A DNA stretch of 64,000 nucleotides from Octopus sinensis (Eukaryota): positions 48,236,001 through 48,300,000 of the forward strand of contig NC_043014.1 of assembly GCF_006345805.1 (NCBI RefSeq), written 5' to 3'. A program made the translations under genes and the position numbers. The notes beneath the pieces are model-generated. The model was given only the letters and a program-made list of their open reading frames with translations. It was not told where the DNA came from and made no database searches. This document shows, piece by piece, positions 51,301-63,058 of the stretch. Every line of letters begins with the position of its first letter. The stretch's first letter is position 1.

Positions 51301-52512
51301 CGGCCATGTTGCTTCTGTGAAGCCCAATGAATGTATTTATTCTCAGTATGTATGTGGCTTAATCTTTTATCATGTACATTTATATGTTTCAATTATTTGC
51401 TGAAAATGAAATAAATTATCAAGCGAAGGAGCGTAAAAATGAACATGTAGTGTTTCTTATGAGTTCAAATAATAGAACCTGTTTTTACATGTTATTGTGA
51501 TATACTATTGTTATAATTTAGCATGTTCTGTGATATTTTTTTTCACTTTTCCTGCAGGATCAAAGTGTCAAGTGGCTAAAATCACTAGATGATCCTTCAA
51601 TGGCACATATATCCCATATGATTGGCACATCACTTGGGACATCTTGTTGGAACCTTTGGACACATTCGGACAGATGGGGCTCTACACATCAGCTAATCAT
51701 TTGTATCTCAATAACTATAATATAAAATCAAACACATGACCAAAGAAACAAAACAATTTCTCAAAGTACAGCAAAAATAAAAGTAGATCAAATGTAGATT
51801 CAGATTATCTAGATGAACAAATAGAATTTCAAACAGAGGAAACGGAACAAGCCAAAAGCAGTGAAAACAGTAGCACACCATCTCCTGGAGAATGTAAGGG
51901 ATGCATAGAAAAACAAACACACATTCAAAAGGTTGGAAAAGTGGCCCAAAACTTGAGTAAACTAATAAGTAACAATAATAAATATGCATGTCAGGAAGAA
52001 AATATGTGATTACATGAGAGGGCAAGAAAAAAAAAATCAAGACAAAATCAAGCATTGAAAGTTTGTATAGGAAAACTAGAATATGATCTCAAAGACAAAA
52101 ACTCAAGAAATTTTAGAACTGATGGAAAGCAAAACATCCCTAGATATAAAGAGAACTGAAATAAGATCACTGAAGGCAGGTCCAGTTGCCAATCACTGAG
52201 AAGAAAGGGAAAACATTTGAAATTGAAAGCAAAATATTTCAAGATTTGACATAAACATTTGGGATTAGATGAATGAAAGAAACTTGAAAATAAGATTAGA
52301 GAGTTGGGAAGGAAAGTAAAAGTAATGTAAGCAGAAACGAAAGATTGATGTAGTGTTGAAAACGAATTGGGAATTAAGGCAGAAGTTAAACAAAGTGGAA
52401 AACAGATGGTTATTTATTAGAGATAGAGGAACATGCCGTAGATTCTGAAAGGCTGGAATTTAAAGAGGAAACAACAGGGCATGCATACAAAAAGTCTGTT
52501 GAAAAATGTGTA

Positions 52513-53510
52513 ATGGAATTATGTAAGGAGATTCCAACTACAAAGGTTGGTAATATGATATTTGTTGTTATCAAATGGATTTTCAAGAAGAACACTGGAG
52601 AAAGTGTACACTCTGCTTCAACAGCAAGTATAATGATGGATACGGAACATGTTCTCAGCAAACATCAAGTCAGTGAAGGACTTTCAGAACCCGTATGATG
52701 GACATTACATGGGGATAGAGCATAAAAGGATGGCAAAAAGATAGTGGGGCAACAAGTAACACTCGATAGTGGGGAAACTTTGTCCGAGGGATTTTCTAGT
52801 GTGGCAGTTGAAGATAGCACCAGACTTGTTGATAATGTAAAAGCTATGATAGAGGAATTGTGTTGGTTGGTTGATGAAGAGAAAATGGTTGACATACAAA
52901 AAGAGATGCCAGAGAGAATGTTTGCAGTTTTGTTAGATTGTTCCTGGGTCAACAAATCATTTGACATAGAGCTCAATGAGTATCAGGAGTCGCTTCTTCA
53001 GGAGGATCTTGTTGACTTGCAGTTTTTACACAGCACTGCCCACTTTTTTGCTAGGCCTTTCAGATGTTTGTGAGAGTGTATTAAAAGAAATTGTTCATGG
53101 TTTAAGTAGGGATGCTTTTACTAAATTTGTCTGGTTCAATTCACGTAGCAAGTCAGTAGGGGCTAAGTATGTTCAAACAGGGAGTGATATGTTGGGGCCA
53201 GGCATGGGAGGGAGTATAAAAAAATGGGTGCAAACAGCAATGGGATATTTTCTGTCTTGAACACTTGAAAATCAAATTAAACACCTCAAGTTTTTGAATG
53301 AATAGGCTTAATAACTTCTTCTGAGGAGCAACAGGCTGTTTTTCCCACCATGACCACATCAAGCAACTCTTTAGATTTTAAAGAGGACTTGAATCTAAAA
53401 TTACAAAGTGTACTTCATGGCAATGAAAGCAATGGGGTTAATGCCATCATCAGGGCTCTCAGAATAATCTATTTTGTTGTTACTGGACCTTTCTGGAATA
53501 TGCTGCACAG
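52513..53510 (+). pseudogene. Decayed DDE-transposase-like ORF
   Basis: One frame with 2 stops (TLHGD..KDGKKIVGQQVTLDSG...VLLDCSWVNKSF...QFLHSTAHF), then frameshifts into LLGLSDVCE...DMLGP, NRLNNFF-GA and IRALRIIYFVVTGPFWNML. Confidence 0.6.
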
Positions 53511-56500
53511 TAAAATTTCCCAATCCTGTCCTCGAGGCCCTATTCACTGTATCATTGCTATCCAGTACCCACCGCATATACCTAGATTTTCACCACTCAC
53601 TATATCCCCCTCCCCTACACTCATGCTTCTTTGGCAAGGCCCTGCCACTTATATTCATTATCTCCATACCTCAAGGGTGTGCCTTGCTACTTGCCATTAT
53701 CTATCTTGACCATCCCAATTATATTTTGATCCTTGTCCCTTGTGAGTATGCCTGGCATTTTCCCATCATTCTCTCTCCTGCTGTCTCCCATTCTCTCTCT
53801 CCACCTGCTCTTCCCTCATGTTGGGTAATCATGTACCTCCTTTACAGCAACACACCTGTTTCTGTCCTCATTTTTCTCTCTTTCTGGCCGGGTAACCATG
53901 TGTCTCACCTACAGCAAGACACCTGTTTCTGTCTCTCTGTCTCAACAGAACCTTTCATCATCTGACACAAGATCCCCTCCTCCAATTCCCCTTCCCCTCT
54001 CAAAAGATTTTTGTCTTGCAAGTTACTTGGTGACCCTGCTCAAAAAGCATCCAGTCCACACTGGATGCCAAACTGACATCACCTGCCATGTAAAAAGCAC
54101 TCGGCCAACTCTGCTGGGTGGTTGGTGTTAGGAAGGGCATCCAGCTGTAAAAACCATGCCAAAACAGACACAATAAATCTATGAAAGATATAGTATGTAC
54201 TTTACCAAGTCTTTTGACAGCATTTAATGAATTCTTTTCCTCCAGTTTAACGGTTCACCATTTTTCGAAATCCACTCAAAACAGACTTTATTGTGCCAGC
54301 CTCGCCTGGCCTCCGTGCCGGTGGCATGTAAAAAGCACCATCCGATCGTGGCCGTTTGCCAGCCTCGTCTGGCACGTAAAAAGCACCCACTATACTCATG
54401 GAGTGGTTGGCGTTAGGAAGGGCATCCAGCCGTAGAAACATTGCCAGATCAGACTGGGCCTGGTGCAGCCTTCTGGCTTCCCAGACCCCAGTTGCACCGT
54501 CCAACCCATGCCAGCATGGAAAGCGGACGCTAAACGATGATGATGATTGTACAATGTTGATCACATTAATTTGGTCTTTGTTTTTAGATCATGCCATTAC
54601 AACACATAAATTGTTGAGCGTCATTCAGCCATTGTTGTGCTTTTATTTCTTTATTTCAATCAAATTCTTATTTAAAGGTATAAAGAAGCAAAGAGAGAAC
54701 ATGAAAGGCTTTGATTCTTTTGACTAATTATATAGCTTTTATTTGTATATACCTGGTAGATTTCATTTGAAAAACAAAACAAAATGCTTCGGCCCACCTT
54801 TTAGGGCAGGTGCAAAAAATATAAGTTAAAGATTTTTGCTGTTGATGATTGTGTAAATTATTTTGATGCATGTGGATTTAACATCTAATTTATTTTTGAT
54901 CTTTGCAGATTTCAAATGTGTTGGATGAAAATAGATATTAGTAACTCAATAATGGCTGATTGCTTGTAAATCATCATCATTTAGCGTCCGTTTTCCATGC
55001 TAGCATGGGTTGGACGGTTCAACTGGGGTCTGGGAAGCTGGAAGGCTTCATCAGGCCCAGTCAGATCTGGCAGTGTTTCTACGGCTGGATGCCCTTCCTA
55101 ACGCCAACCACTCCGTGATTATAATATATAGATTAAAATGATTATAATATATAGATCTATGATTTCAGCTCTCTAATATTGTTTTTCTCTTTTTCTATGC
55201 AGATCTTTTACAGTGGAGAGATGCATTTCCAATTCTTCAAATTTACTGAAATTAATTGTATTAATAATTTTTTGTATTGATTATGCAGGTGTAGAGTAAG
55301 GGAATGGCATCTAACAAAGGTGCTCAATATTACCATTTATGAATGGTAGATATATATAAACTGAATTATGGCCATATTTGGCAATGACCATATTGAATTC
55401 ATGAGAGATTTTTCTTTCTAATGGTATAAAAAAATCTTGAAGAAAATATGTTCTTTGCTAATTGAAAATTAATGATAAAATTTTCAATTTTATATTTCGT
55501 AACGATTACCTTACCTATCTCCATCAGTTTTTATATCAAATAAAGCAGAATCGGTCCTCTTTGTGACTATTTTCAACACAACTTGAGTTATGTGCTCCAG
55601 CGCATTGAACTGAATCAAGGGCTACTGTTCAACAGTAACAAAAAAAAAAAAAAATCCCGGAAAACTTTGTGACTGGGTGGAAATACCAGGGTGTTTGAGT
55701 GACCCTGGCATCATAGGTAAGTGTAGGATTTTAAAAAATGTATTTTGACATGAAAATGGTGAAGCAAAAAAATGGGGTTTTTTGTGTGGTCAAACTGTGA
55801 AAGTCATCCCTTCTACTGAGCCCTACAAGGCTGTGGTGAAAAAATCCCTGTCAGACGAAGGAAATCCAACTTACCTGGCTGTCCTGATTTGAAACCCTGC
55901 CATTTATACCCATTTTTAACAGATTACTCTTTTACTTGTTTCAGTCATGTGACTGCGGCCATGCTGGAGCACCGCTTTTAGTCGAGCAAATCGACCCCAG
56001 GGCTTATTCTTTGTAAGCCTAGTATTTATTCTATCGGTCTTTTTTGCCGAACTGCTAAGTTACAGGGACATGAACACACCAGCATCGGTTGTCAAGTGAT
56101 GTTGGGGAGACAAACACAGACACACAAACATATACACATACACATACACACATATATATATATATACACACAAATATATACGACGGGCTTCTTTCAGTTT
56201 CCGTCTACCAAATGCACTCACAAGGCTTTGGTCTGCGTGAGGCTATAGTAGAAGACACTTGCCCAAGATGCCATGCAGTGGGACTGAACCCGGAACCATG
56301 TGGTTGGTAAGCAAGCTACTTACCACACAGCTACTCCTGCTCCTATAAAATTTTATTGAAATGTTCCAAGATATCAGGATATATTTAGTTGGGACCCTTG
56401 TGGCCAATTTTTTGCTGCTAATATATTGATCGTTTTTAATTTATTCACATGACTATAAATTTTTTTCATCTTTGTGAAAACCTTGAAATCAATTCTAACC

Positions 56501-56512
56501 TTTCTGTTGCAG

Positions 56513-56584
56513 TCACATGCTGAGGAATGTCTAAATAAGATGGTGTCGTGTGATTATTGCCAAAAGGAGTGTGTTCAATCCCAG
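56513..56584 (+). CDS. TRAF2/3-like: TRAF-like coding exon 4 (zinc fingers 3-4)
   Basis: ttgcag acceptor; 24 codons SHAEECLNKMVSCDYCQKECVQSQ; gtaggg donor; phase 0-0, completes the CxxC-x11-H-x3-C finger begun in exon 3. Confidence 0.9.
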
Positions 56585-57136
56585 GTAGGGCCTTCAACAT
56601 TTTTTTTTTATAATAACAGAAAACAGTTATTTCATTGTTATGTCGATATTGTTGTTACTATCAAAGGTGGCGTGCTGGTAAAATTGTTAGCACACCAGAC
56701 AAAATGCTTAGTGGTATTTAAATAGTATTTAAGGCAGCGAGCTGGCAGAAACGTTAGCACGCTGGGCAAAATGCTTAGCAGTATCGCATCTGCAGCTACG
56801 TTCTGAGTTCAAATTCCACCGAGGTCGACTTTGCCTTTCGTCCTTTCAGGGTCGATTAAATAAGTACCAGTTACGCACTGGGGTCGATATAATCGATTAA
56901 TCCGTTTGTCTGGCACAAACTGATTAGATTTTGGGATCGATCTGGTACCCGTCAAGGATTCTGGATTATTTTGTCTGTTTTTTTTTACTTAATTTTTGAG
57001 AGTGGTCAGGTTCATTTTTAGTATTCTCGTTTGTGAGAGCAGTTGAGTTTATTTGAGATATTCTCATTTTAAAAATCATCTCTGACTAATTGTTGAGAGG
57101 GCGTTGGTGTTTGCGCTCTCTGAGTGCTTTTGTTGT

Positions 57137-57345
57137 TAACCCATTTTAACCTAGGTTAATCCTGTCAAAATTTTGAAGATAGTTATTTAAATAGCGATAA
57201 GTTAACCTTTATTGCAGTAAATAAACCAAATACAATGGTTAAATAAATACAACAAGCACTATTTTGCGTCCAGTTTACCTTTATTGCAGCAAACAAACCA
57301 AATGCAACTGTCCTCAAATGAGGACAGTGGGTTAATATGGGTTAA
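57137..57345. mobile_element. TTAA-flanked MITE with an internal tandem duplication
   Basis: TTAACCCAT...ATGGGTTAA; internal ACCTTTATTGCAG..AAACCAAAT twice. Confidence 0.6.
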
Positions 57346-57744
57346 GGTGGCGAGCTAGCAGAATTAGTATTTTGTCTGTCACTATGTTCTGTGTTCAAAG
57401 TTTGCCACGGTTGAATTTGCCTTTCATCCTTTCTGGGTTGATGAAATAAGTACCAGTTGAGTACTGGGGTTGACATATATGACTCATTCCCCCTACCCTG
57501 AAATTGCTGGCCTTGTGCCAAAATCTCAATAATAATAATAAAAATAAAAAATAGCAGAGTGCCATAGTTATCATGTGAAATTGGTTGAAAGATATTTCGG
57601 CACCTGGCATGCCTTCCACAAGTTCAAAAATTACATCTCAGTCTACTTCATTTTTTGTTCAGATTATATATGGCACTCTTCTATTTTCTTTTATTTCTGT
57701 ATAACTTCTGGATATAATCCTAATAATAATTTTAAACCTTGCAG

Positions 57745-57819
57745 TTGTCTGCTCATTGGAAAGAATGTGCTGAAGTACCAAAAGACTGTTTATTTAAGAA
57801 TTTTGGATGTAAATTCACA
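57745..57819 (+). CDS. TRAF2/3-like: TRAF-like coding exon 5 (zinc fingers 4-5)
   Basis: ttgcag acceptor; 25 codons LSAHWKECAEVPKDCLFKNFGCKFT; canonical gtaagt donor; phase 0-0. Confidence 0.92.
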
Positions 57820-58053
57820 GTAAGTGACTTTTATCTTTGTTTAATTAAAATCTTAATTATTGTCATCACTCTCATCTCTTCTAACACGTTTGACTCATCT
57901 TTCTTCAAAATTTATTCCACTTTTTGAAATTTCCAACACAGGCCATCTCTAGTTTCTTCTGGCTCTTGATAAAACCCTTAAACCTTCATGTTTGGTTACA
58001 GCTTGTGAATGGCACCAGTTCATAACAACAGCAAAGTCCACCGTGGTCTAAAT

Positions 58054-58308
58054 CAGTGGTTCTCAACCATTTTTTGGCTATGGGCCCCTTTGATTCATAT
58101 TTTACTCGGGTGGACCATCATAGCCATTTGACGTTTAAAAAACCCTGTTGAACTTTTATAATTAAATATTGTTAGAGATTGTATAAAAATAATTATTAAA
58201 CTATGTTGTGCATTGCAGAAGCATAACCAATTTATTGCACATAATTTTTTACAACAAAATCTCATATGGACCCCCAAGGGCCATATCGACCCCGGTTTGG
58301 AACCACTG
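58054..58308. mobile_element. hAT (Charlie-like) MITE; related copy at 23208-23363
   Basis: CAGTGGTTCTCAACC ... GGTTTGGAACCACTG termini; degenerate 8-bp flanks gtctaaat / gtttagaa. Confidence 0.8.
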
Positions 58309-59353
58309 GTTTAGAAAGATACTGGGGCTGTCAGCTGTGGAATTAATATCTGATCTATTGACTTGGCATTGCTGAGTTTCGTTCCTTCCATTCAGAGAAG
58401 AGAGAGCTACATGAAACACTAGTGTCCCATCCAGGAGTATATTTACTTCTCATCCATTTCAAACTACAACAACTAAAGTTAACAGATCAGCTCATTTGCT
58501 TTGGGTAAAGATTAGCATATTTGTTTATTATCGAATTAATGTATATCCATACACATGCCTTTCCTAAAGGGATTGTGCACAGTTTCTGAGATAGTGTCAT
58601 CTCAACACTAGCATCCCATTCATACCCTGGTTCCTATCCAGGACAAAGGTCAGTAGAGTTATCTTTATATATAAAAGTCAAGTTGTGTGTCTGTCTCCTA
58701 CGATTTAGATTCCTAACTACTTCCTCATTTTGCGGTGCAGTTTAACCAAAACCGGGTATCTTATAGTCATGATTCATATCGAGCCCTTCTGGGTATTAGC
58801 GCGCGTCTACGATGAGTCTACGATTTAAAAAAAATTTACCATAATTTTTTTCGCTATTATATAAGGGAAGTAACTCTCTAAAAATGTCTATGATGAGTCA
58901 ACGATTAAAAAAAAAAATTAACATCATTTTTTTTCCATTTTTGATGCATTTTTTTGCTATTTTTTGGCTATAACTCTCTAAAAATGCGTTTAGTGAGACC
59001 GTCTCTAACATGAAAGAGATGTCTTTTACAAGTTTTCTCCAATACAAATGGGAATTGAACTTGTGACCTTATGATTGTGAGCTGAACACCCTAACCACTG
59101 AGACACACACCTCCACTTTTACGCTGCTATATTCTTGTCAGTAGTATCTGTTTCAATACCCTGTTCTCTTCCTCTTTGATGCCTTCTTCAACCATTGGAT
59201 GGCTGCTGTTGGTGTTAAAAGACTGAGCTGTGATTCAGCTGCAGGAGAGAGATGTCAGCAGGGTCGACAGATAACATCAAAAATCCATTATCTTATTGTT
59301 GTTGTTGATTCTATTGTTTATTGTTTTTTTTTTGTTTTTTTGTCTATTTTCAG

Positions 59354-59473
59354 GGCAATGAAACAGAAATGAAGGAACACCAAAATGGCAGCTGTAACAC
59401 CCATCTTGAAATGATGGCCCGACATATAACCGAAATGGATACCACCATTACGAATCTTAGCCAAGATATAAAA
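59354..59473 (+). CDS. TRAF2/3-like: TRAF-like coding exon 6 (end of ZF5, start of coiled coil); 3' boundary uncertain (59473 or 59485)
   Basis: ttttcag acceptor; GNETEMKEHQNGSCNTHLEMMARHITEMDTTITNLSQDIK. Two weak phase-0 donors near the expected exon end: gttcat (59474) and gtatat (59486). Confidence 0.82.
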
Positions 59474-59724
59474 GTTCATAATTCTGTATATCTATCTTCG
59501 CTTAACACTCTCACACTTACTAATACAGCATTTGCAGAACCATCATCAACATCTTCAGACATCCGCTTTCATCTGCCTTTTTTTCTTCCCTAGTTTCATT
59601 TTCATTTCCGTACCATATTTGTCATTCTTAGTTCGTATATTCCTGGGTCATTCATTTAACAAATGAATGACCTAGAAATAAACAAACTAAGTATTTTTTG
59701 TTGTACCTTAGGAGGGTCGTTATG

Positions 59725-59726
<2 letters not shown>

Positions 59727-59759
<33 letters not shown>

Positions 59760-60076
59760 ACTCACTCTCACTCACTCACTCACTCACTCACTCACTCACT
59801 CACTCACTCACTCACTCACTCCACTCACTCCACTCCCTCACTCCACTCCACTCACTCACTCCACTCACTCACTCACTCACTCCACTCACTCCACTCACTC
59901 ACTCCTCACTCCTCACTCACTCACTCACTCACTCACTCACTCCTCACTCACTCCTCACTCACTCACTCACTCACTCACTCACTCACTCCTCACTCACTCA
60001 CTCACTCACTCACTCACTCACTCACTCCTCACTCACTCACTCACTCACTCACTCCTCACTCACTCACTCACTCACT
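59727..60076. repeat. (CT)n then ~320-bp (CACT)n tetranucleotide array
   Basis: Direct reading; occupies the microsatellite position behind a family A SINE head at 60078-60207. Confidence 0.97.
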
Positions 60077-60244
60077 CCATCTACCAAATCCACTCACAAG
60101 GCTTTGGTCGGCCTGTGGCTTTAGTAGAAGACACTTGTCCAAGGTACCACGCAGTGGGGCTGAACCTGGAACCATGTGGTTGGGAAGTAAGCTTCTTACC
60201 ACACAGCCTTACCTGGCTGAAGGAAGTTAGTTTAAGGCAATTAC

Positions 60245-60735
60245 TTATGTAAGACACCTGGTGGTCCATATCGAAATTTGTGGTCGAGACAATGGAATTT
60301 ACCATGCTACGCCAGACTTCACGGTCCATCATGGCATTACGGAGGTCCTTTTGCTGGATGCCTGTATCCCTGGAGATTACATCAGGGTAGGAGAGTGTGC
60401 GCCCTCTGGTATTGCGAGTAGATGGCTTCCAGAGGAGAAGAGTAGAAATTGCCTCGTTTTCAGCTCTACAACAATGTCCAGCAAACTGGACTCTCCTACC
60501 TTTCACAAGAGATGATACAGGTGGTAGTTTCCCATATATTTGCATTTTGGTTGGATGGCGCTTCCATGAGAAATTTTGAGCTCTCCTAAGGAGGCGAGTG
60601 TAGGTTCCATCCAACCGCCTCTCAAGCTTCTTTGATAACGTCCAGGTTTCTGAGCCATATAGTAGAATTGGTTCGACTGTGGCTTTGAAGATTTCAAGTT
60701 TGAAGTCTCTACTTAGATTTGATGACCAGATCTTA
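60245..60735 (-). mobile_element. RTE-clade LINE RT C-terminal fragment, still open
   Basis: IFKATVEPILLYGSETWTLSKKLERRLDGTYTRLLRRA...RRVQFAGHCCR...DREVWR; open frame across the fragment suggests a relatively young insertion. Confidence 0.92.
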
Positions 60736-61286
60736 TGCATCTGCTTTCCATGCTGGCATGGGTTGGATGGTTTGACTGAGGGCTGGCAAGCCAGAAGGCT
60801 GCACCAGGCTCCAATCTGATCTGGCAAAGTTTCCACAGCTGGGTGCCCTTCCTAACGCCAACCACTACGAGAGTTCAGTGGGTGCTTTTTATGTGCCACC
60901 AGTACAAGGACCAGTCAGGCAGTACTGGCATCAACTACGCTTGAATGGTACTTTTTATGTACCACTGGCACAGGAGCCAGTCATGCGGCACTGGCAACGA
61001 CCATGCTCGAATGGTACCTTTTACGTGTCACCGGCACGGGACCAGTCAGCCAGCACTGGGATTGACCACGTTCGAATGATGCTTTTTACATGCCACCGGC
61101 ACAAAATTCTAACTGAAAATATTTCCGTCTTATTGAAAAGATCCAAAGAATTCCTGAATCACTGTGTATGTTGACATTTTGCCAACACCTAAGTGAGATA
61201 GTTGAATGTTCCAGTGTTGAGATAAGATAATTTGGTCCTGTTTCCTCGTTAAACTGTCTAATTGTAATGTTTCTTCATATTTTCAG

Positions 61287-61581
61287 GATTATTCCCGTAC
61301 TTGTCAGCGTCTGGAAAACTTAGACAAAGTGATGGCTCGGACAGAAGAAGATATAAAATCTGTAGAATTCAAATTCTCTTCTATAGAAACTGAGTTTCAA
61401 AAATATTCTAACACAAACTTTGAAAATAAGAAAAAATTTGTGAATTTGACAGAAAAGTTAATAGTATTGGATCAAGATTTACAACGACTGAAAGAAGGAA
61501 CTGACAAACAAGTACAAATTCTAAAAAGTAAAGAATCCATAACTGACATGACCACAATCCAAAACCTTAGTACTCTTATTG
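61287..61581 (+). CDS. TRAF2/3-like: TRAF-like coding exon 7 (coiled coil)
   Basis: ttttcag acceptor; 98 codons + 1 nt DYSRTCQRLENLDKVMART...NLSTLI-G; gtgagt donor (phase 1); heptad-rich E/K/L sequence. Confidence 0.88.
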
Positions 61582-62104
61582 GTGAGTTCTTGGAATGACC
61601 GGCTTTTTGCATTTTCTACTTTATTAATACTTTCTGCATTTCATTTCTGTGTGTGGGGGTTGTTGTTGTTGTTTGTTCCTTCTCGAGCCATGTCTGGCTC
61701 ATAAGGGCCGGTTTCCTTGGCGTATAGGTTCTCCACCTGGACGGGACACCGGTCTGTCGCAGGTGAGCTGCAAGATGCAGGAGGAAAGAGTGAGAGAAAG
61801 TTGTGGCGAAAGAGTCAGCAGAAGTTCGCCATTACCTTCTGCCGGAGCCACGTGGTGCTTAGGTGTTTCGCTCATAAGCACACACATCACCCAGTCAGAG
61901 ATTCGATCCCATGATCCCTCGACCGTGAGTCCGCTGCTCTAACCACTAGGCCATGTGCCTCCACACATGTGTGTGGGTGTGTGTGCATGTCAGAGTGCGA
62001 GTGTGAACAAATGGGTCGGGGCGGAAGTCAGAATGACTAGGTTGGGGCAGAGGTGGGCAACAAGTATGTTTGGGGATGGGGGCAGTGATGACTGGGTTTG
62101 CTGG

Positions 62105-62403
62105 TAGAAGCAGGCAACAACTGGGTTCAGGGTGGAAGTGAGCAAAGAGGGTGGGGGACAGCTGGGTTCAGTGGGGCAGAAGCAGGTACAACTGGGTTCA
62201 GGGCAGAAGCGAGCAAAGAGGGTGGGGGACAGCTGGGTTCAGTGGGGCAGAAGCAGGTACAACTGGGTTCAGGGCGGAAGTGAGCAAAGAGGGTGGGGGA
62301 CAGCTGGGTTCAGTGGGGCAGAAGCAGGTACAACTGGGTTCAGGGCGGAAGGGAGCAAAGAGGGTGGGGGACAGCTGGGTTCAGTGGGGCAGAAGCAGGT
62401 ACG
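62105..62403 (+). repeat. 71-bp G-rich minisatellite, ~4.2 copies
   Basis: GGTGGGGGAC anchors at 62150, 62221, 62292, 62363. Confidence 0.95.
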
Positions 62404-62492
62404 ACTGTGTTTGAGGTTTGTGAGAGAGGTAGAGTGTGTGTGTGTGTGCAAAAGGCAACCATGTCAACAAATGTATTTTAATGTTTTTCTAG

Positions 62493-63058
62493 ATCAACTC
62501 CTGACCCAAGTCACATCAATCGATCGACAAATTGGTCTCCACGACATGAGAATTGAAGAAATGAATTCCAAGTTGACTTCAGTGACACATCCAAATTACG
62601 ACGCTGAAGTCCTCATGAAAATTAGCAACTATTCCCGATGGAAATCAGCACTGAAAACATCAAAGACCTCTTTCATATATAGTGAGCCATTTTATAGTAG
62701 TAAGTATGGTTATAAAATGTGTGCCAAAGTCTATCTAAATGGTGATGGAATAGGGAAAGGAACACATCTATCTTTTTATTTCACAATAATGAAAGGAGAA
62801 TACGACAACATCCTTACATGGCCTTTCAAGCACAAAGTTACGCTTACTGTACTTGATCAATTTGGTGGAGATAAAAATTATAGTGACAGATTCCTACCTG
62901 ATCCAAACAGCAAAAGCTTTCATAAACCATCAAGTGACTATAACATAGCAACTGGTTGTCCTGACTTTATTCCACAGACAGAAGTTGAGTCTTATCCCTT
63001 CATGAAAGATGACACTATTTTCCTAAAGGCCTCCGTCGACACGACTAATCTTCGCTAG
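62493..63058 (+). CDS. TRAF2/3-like: TRAF-like coding exon 8 (TRAF-C/MATH domain, stop)
   Basis: ttctag acceptor in phase 1 joins exon 7 as D-QLLTQ; contains YSEPFYSSKYGYKMCAKVYLNGDGIGKGTHLS...WPFKHKVTL...PDPNSKSF..P....NIATGCP, the TRAF MATH signature; TAG at 63056-58. Confidence 0.97.

Larger units (their letters stand above)
47285..55790 (+). mobile_element. Large inverted-repeat-bounded DNA transposon relic occupying most of TRAF intron 3
   Basis: 47285-47340 is the inverted match of 55735-55790, and 47685-47765 of 55375-55460; decayed transposase-like frames at 52513-53510. Confidence 0.65.

Noticed and set aside
59663-60252. His/Thr/Ser/Leu-rich ORFs (also 2362-2759, 7133-7746, 9967-10617)
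   Set aside because: Translations of microsatellites, minisatellites or SINE modules.
62132-63058. 308-aa ORF as a single-exon protein with a G/Q-rich N-terminus
   Set aside because: The first ~120 codons are the 71-bp minisatellite and a (GT)n run read from a GTG. A good acceptor at 62492 joins exon 7 in the correct phase. An in-frame intronic ATG near 62470 could give a MATH-only product, but nothing here supports it.
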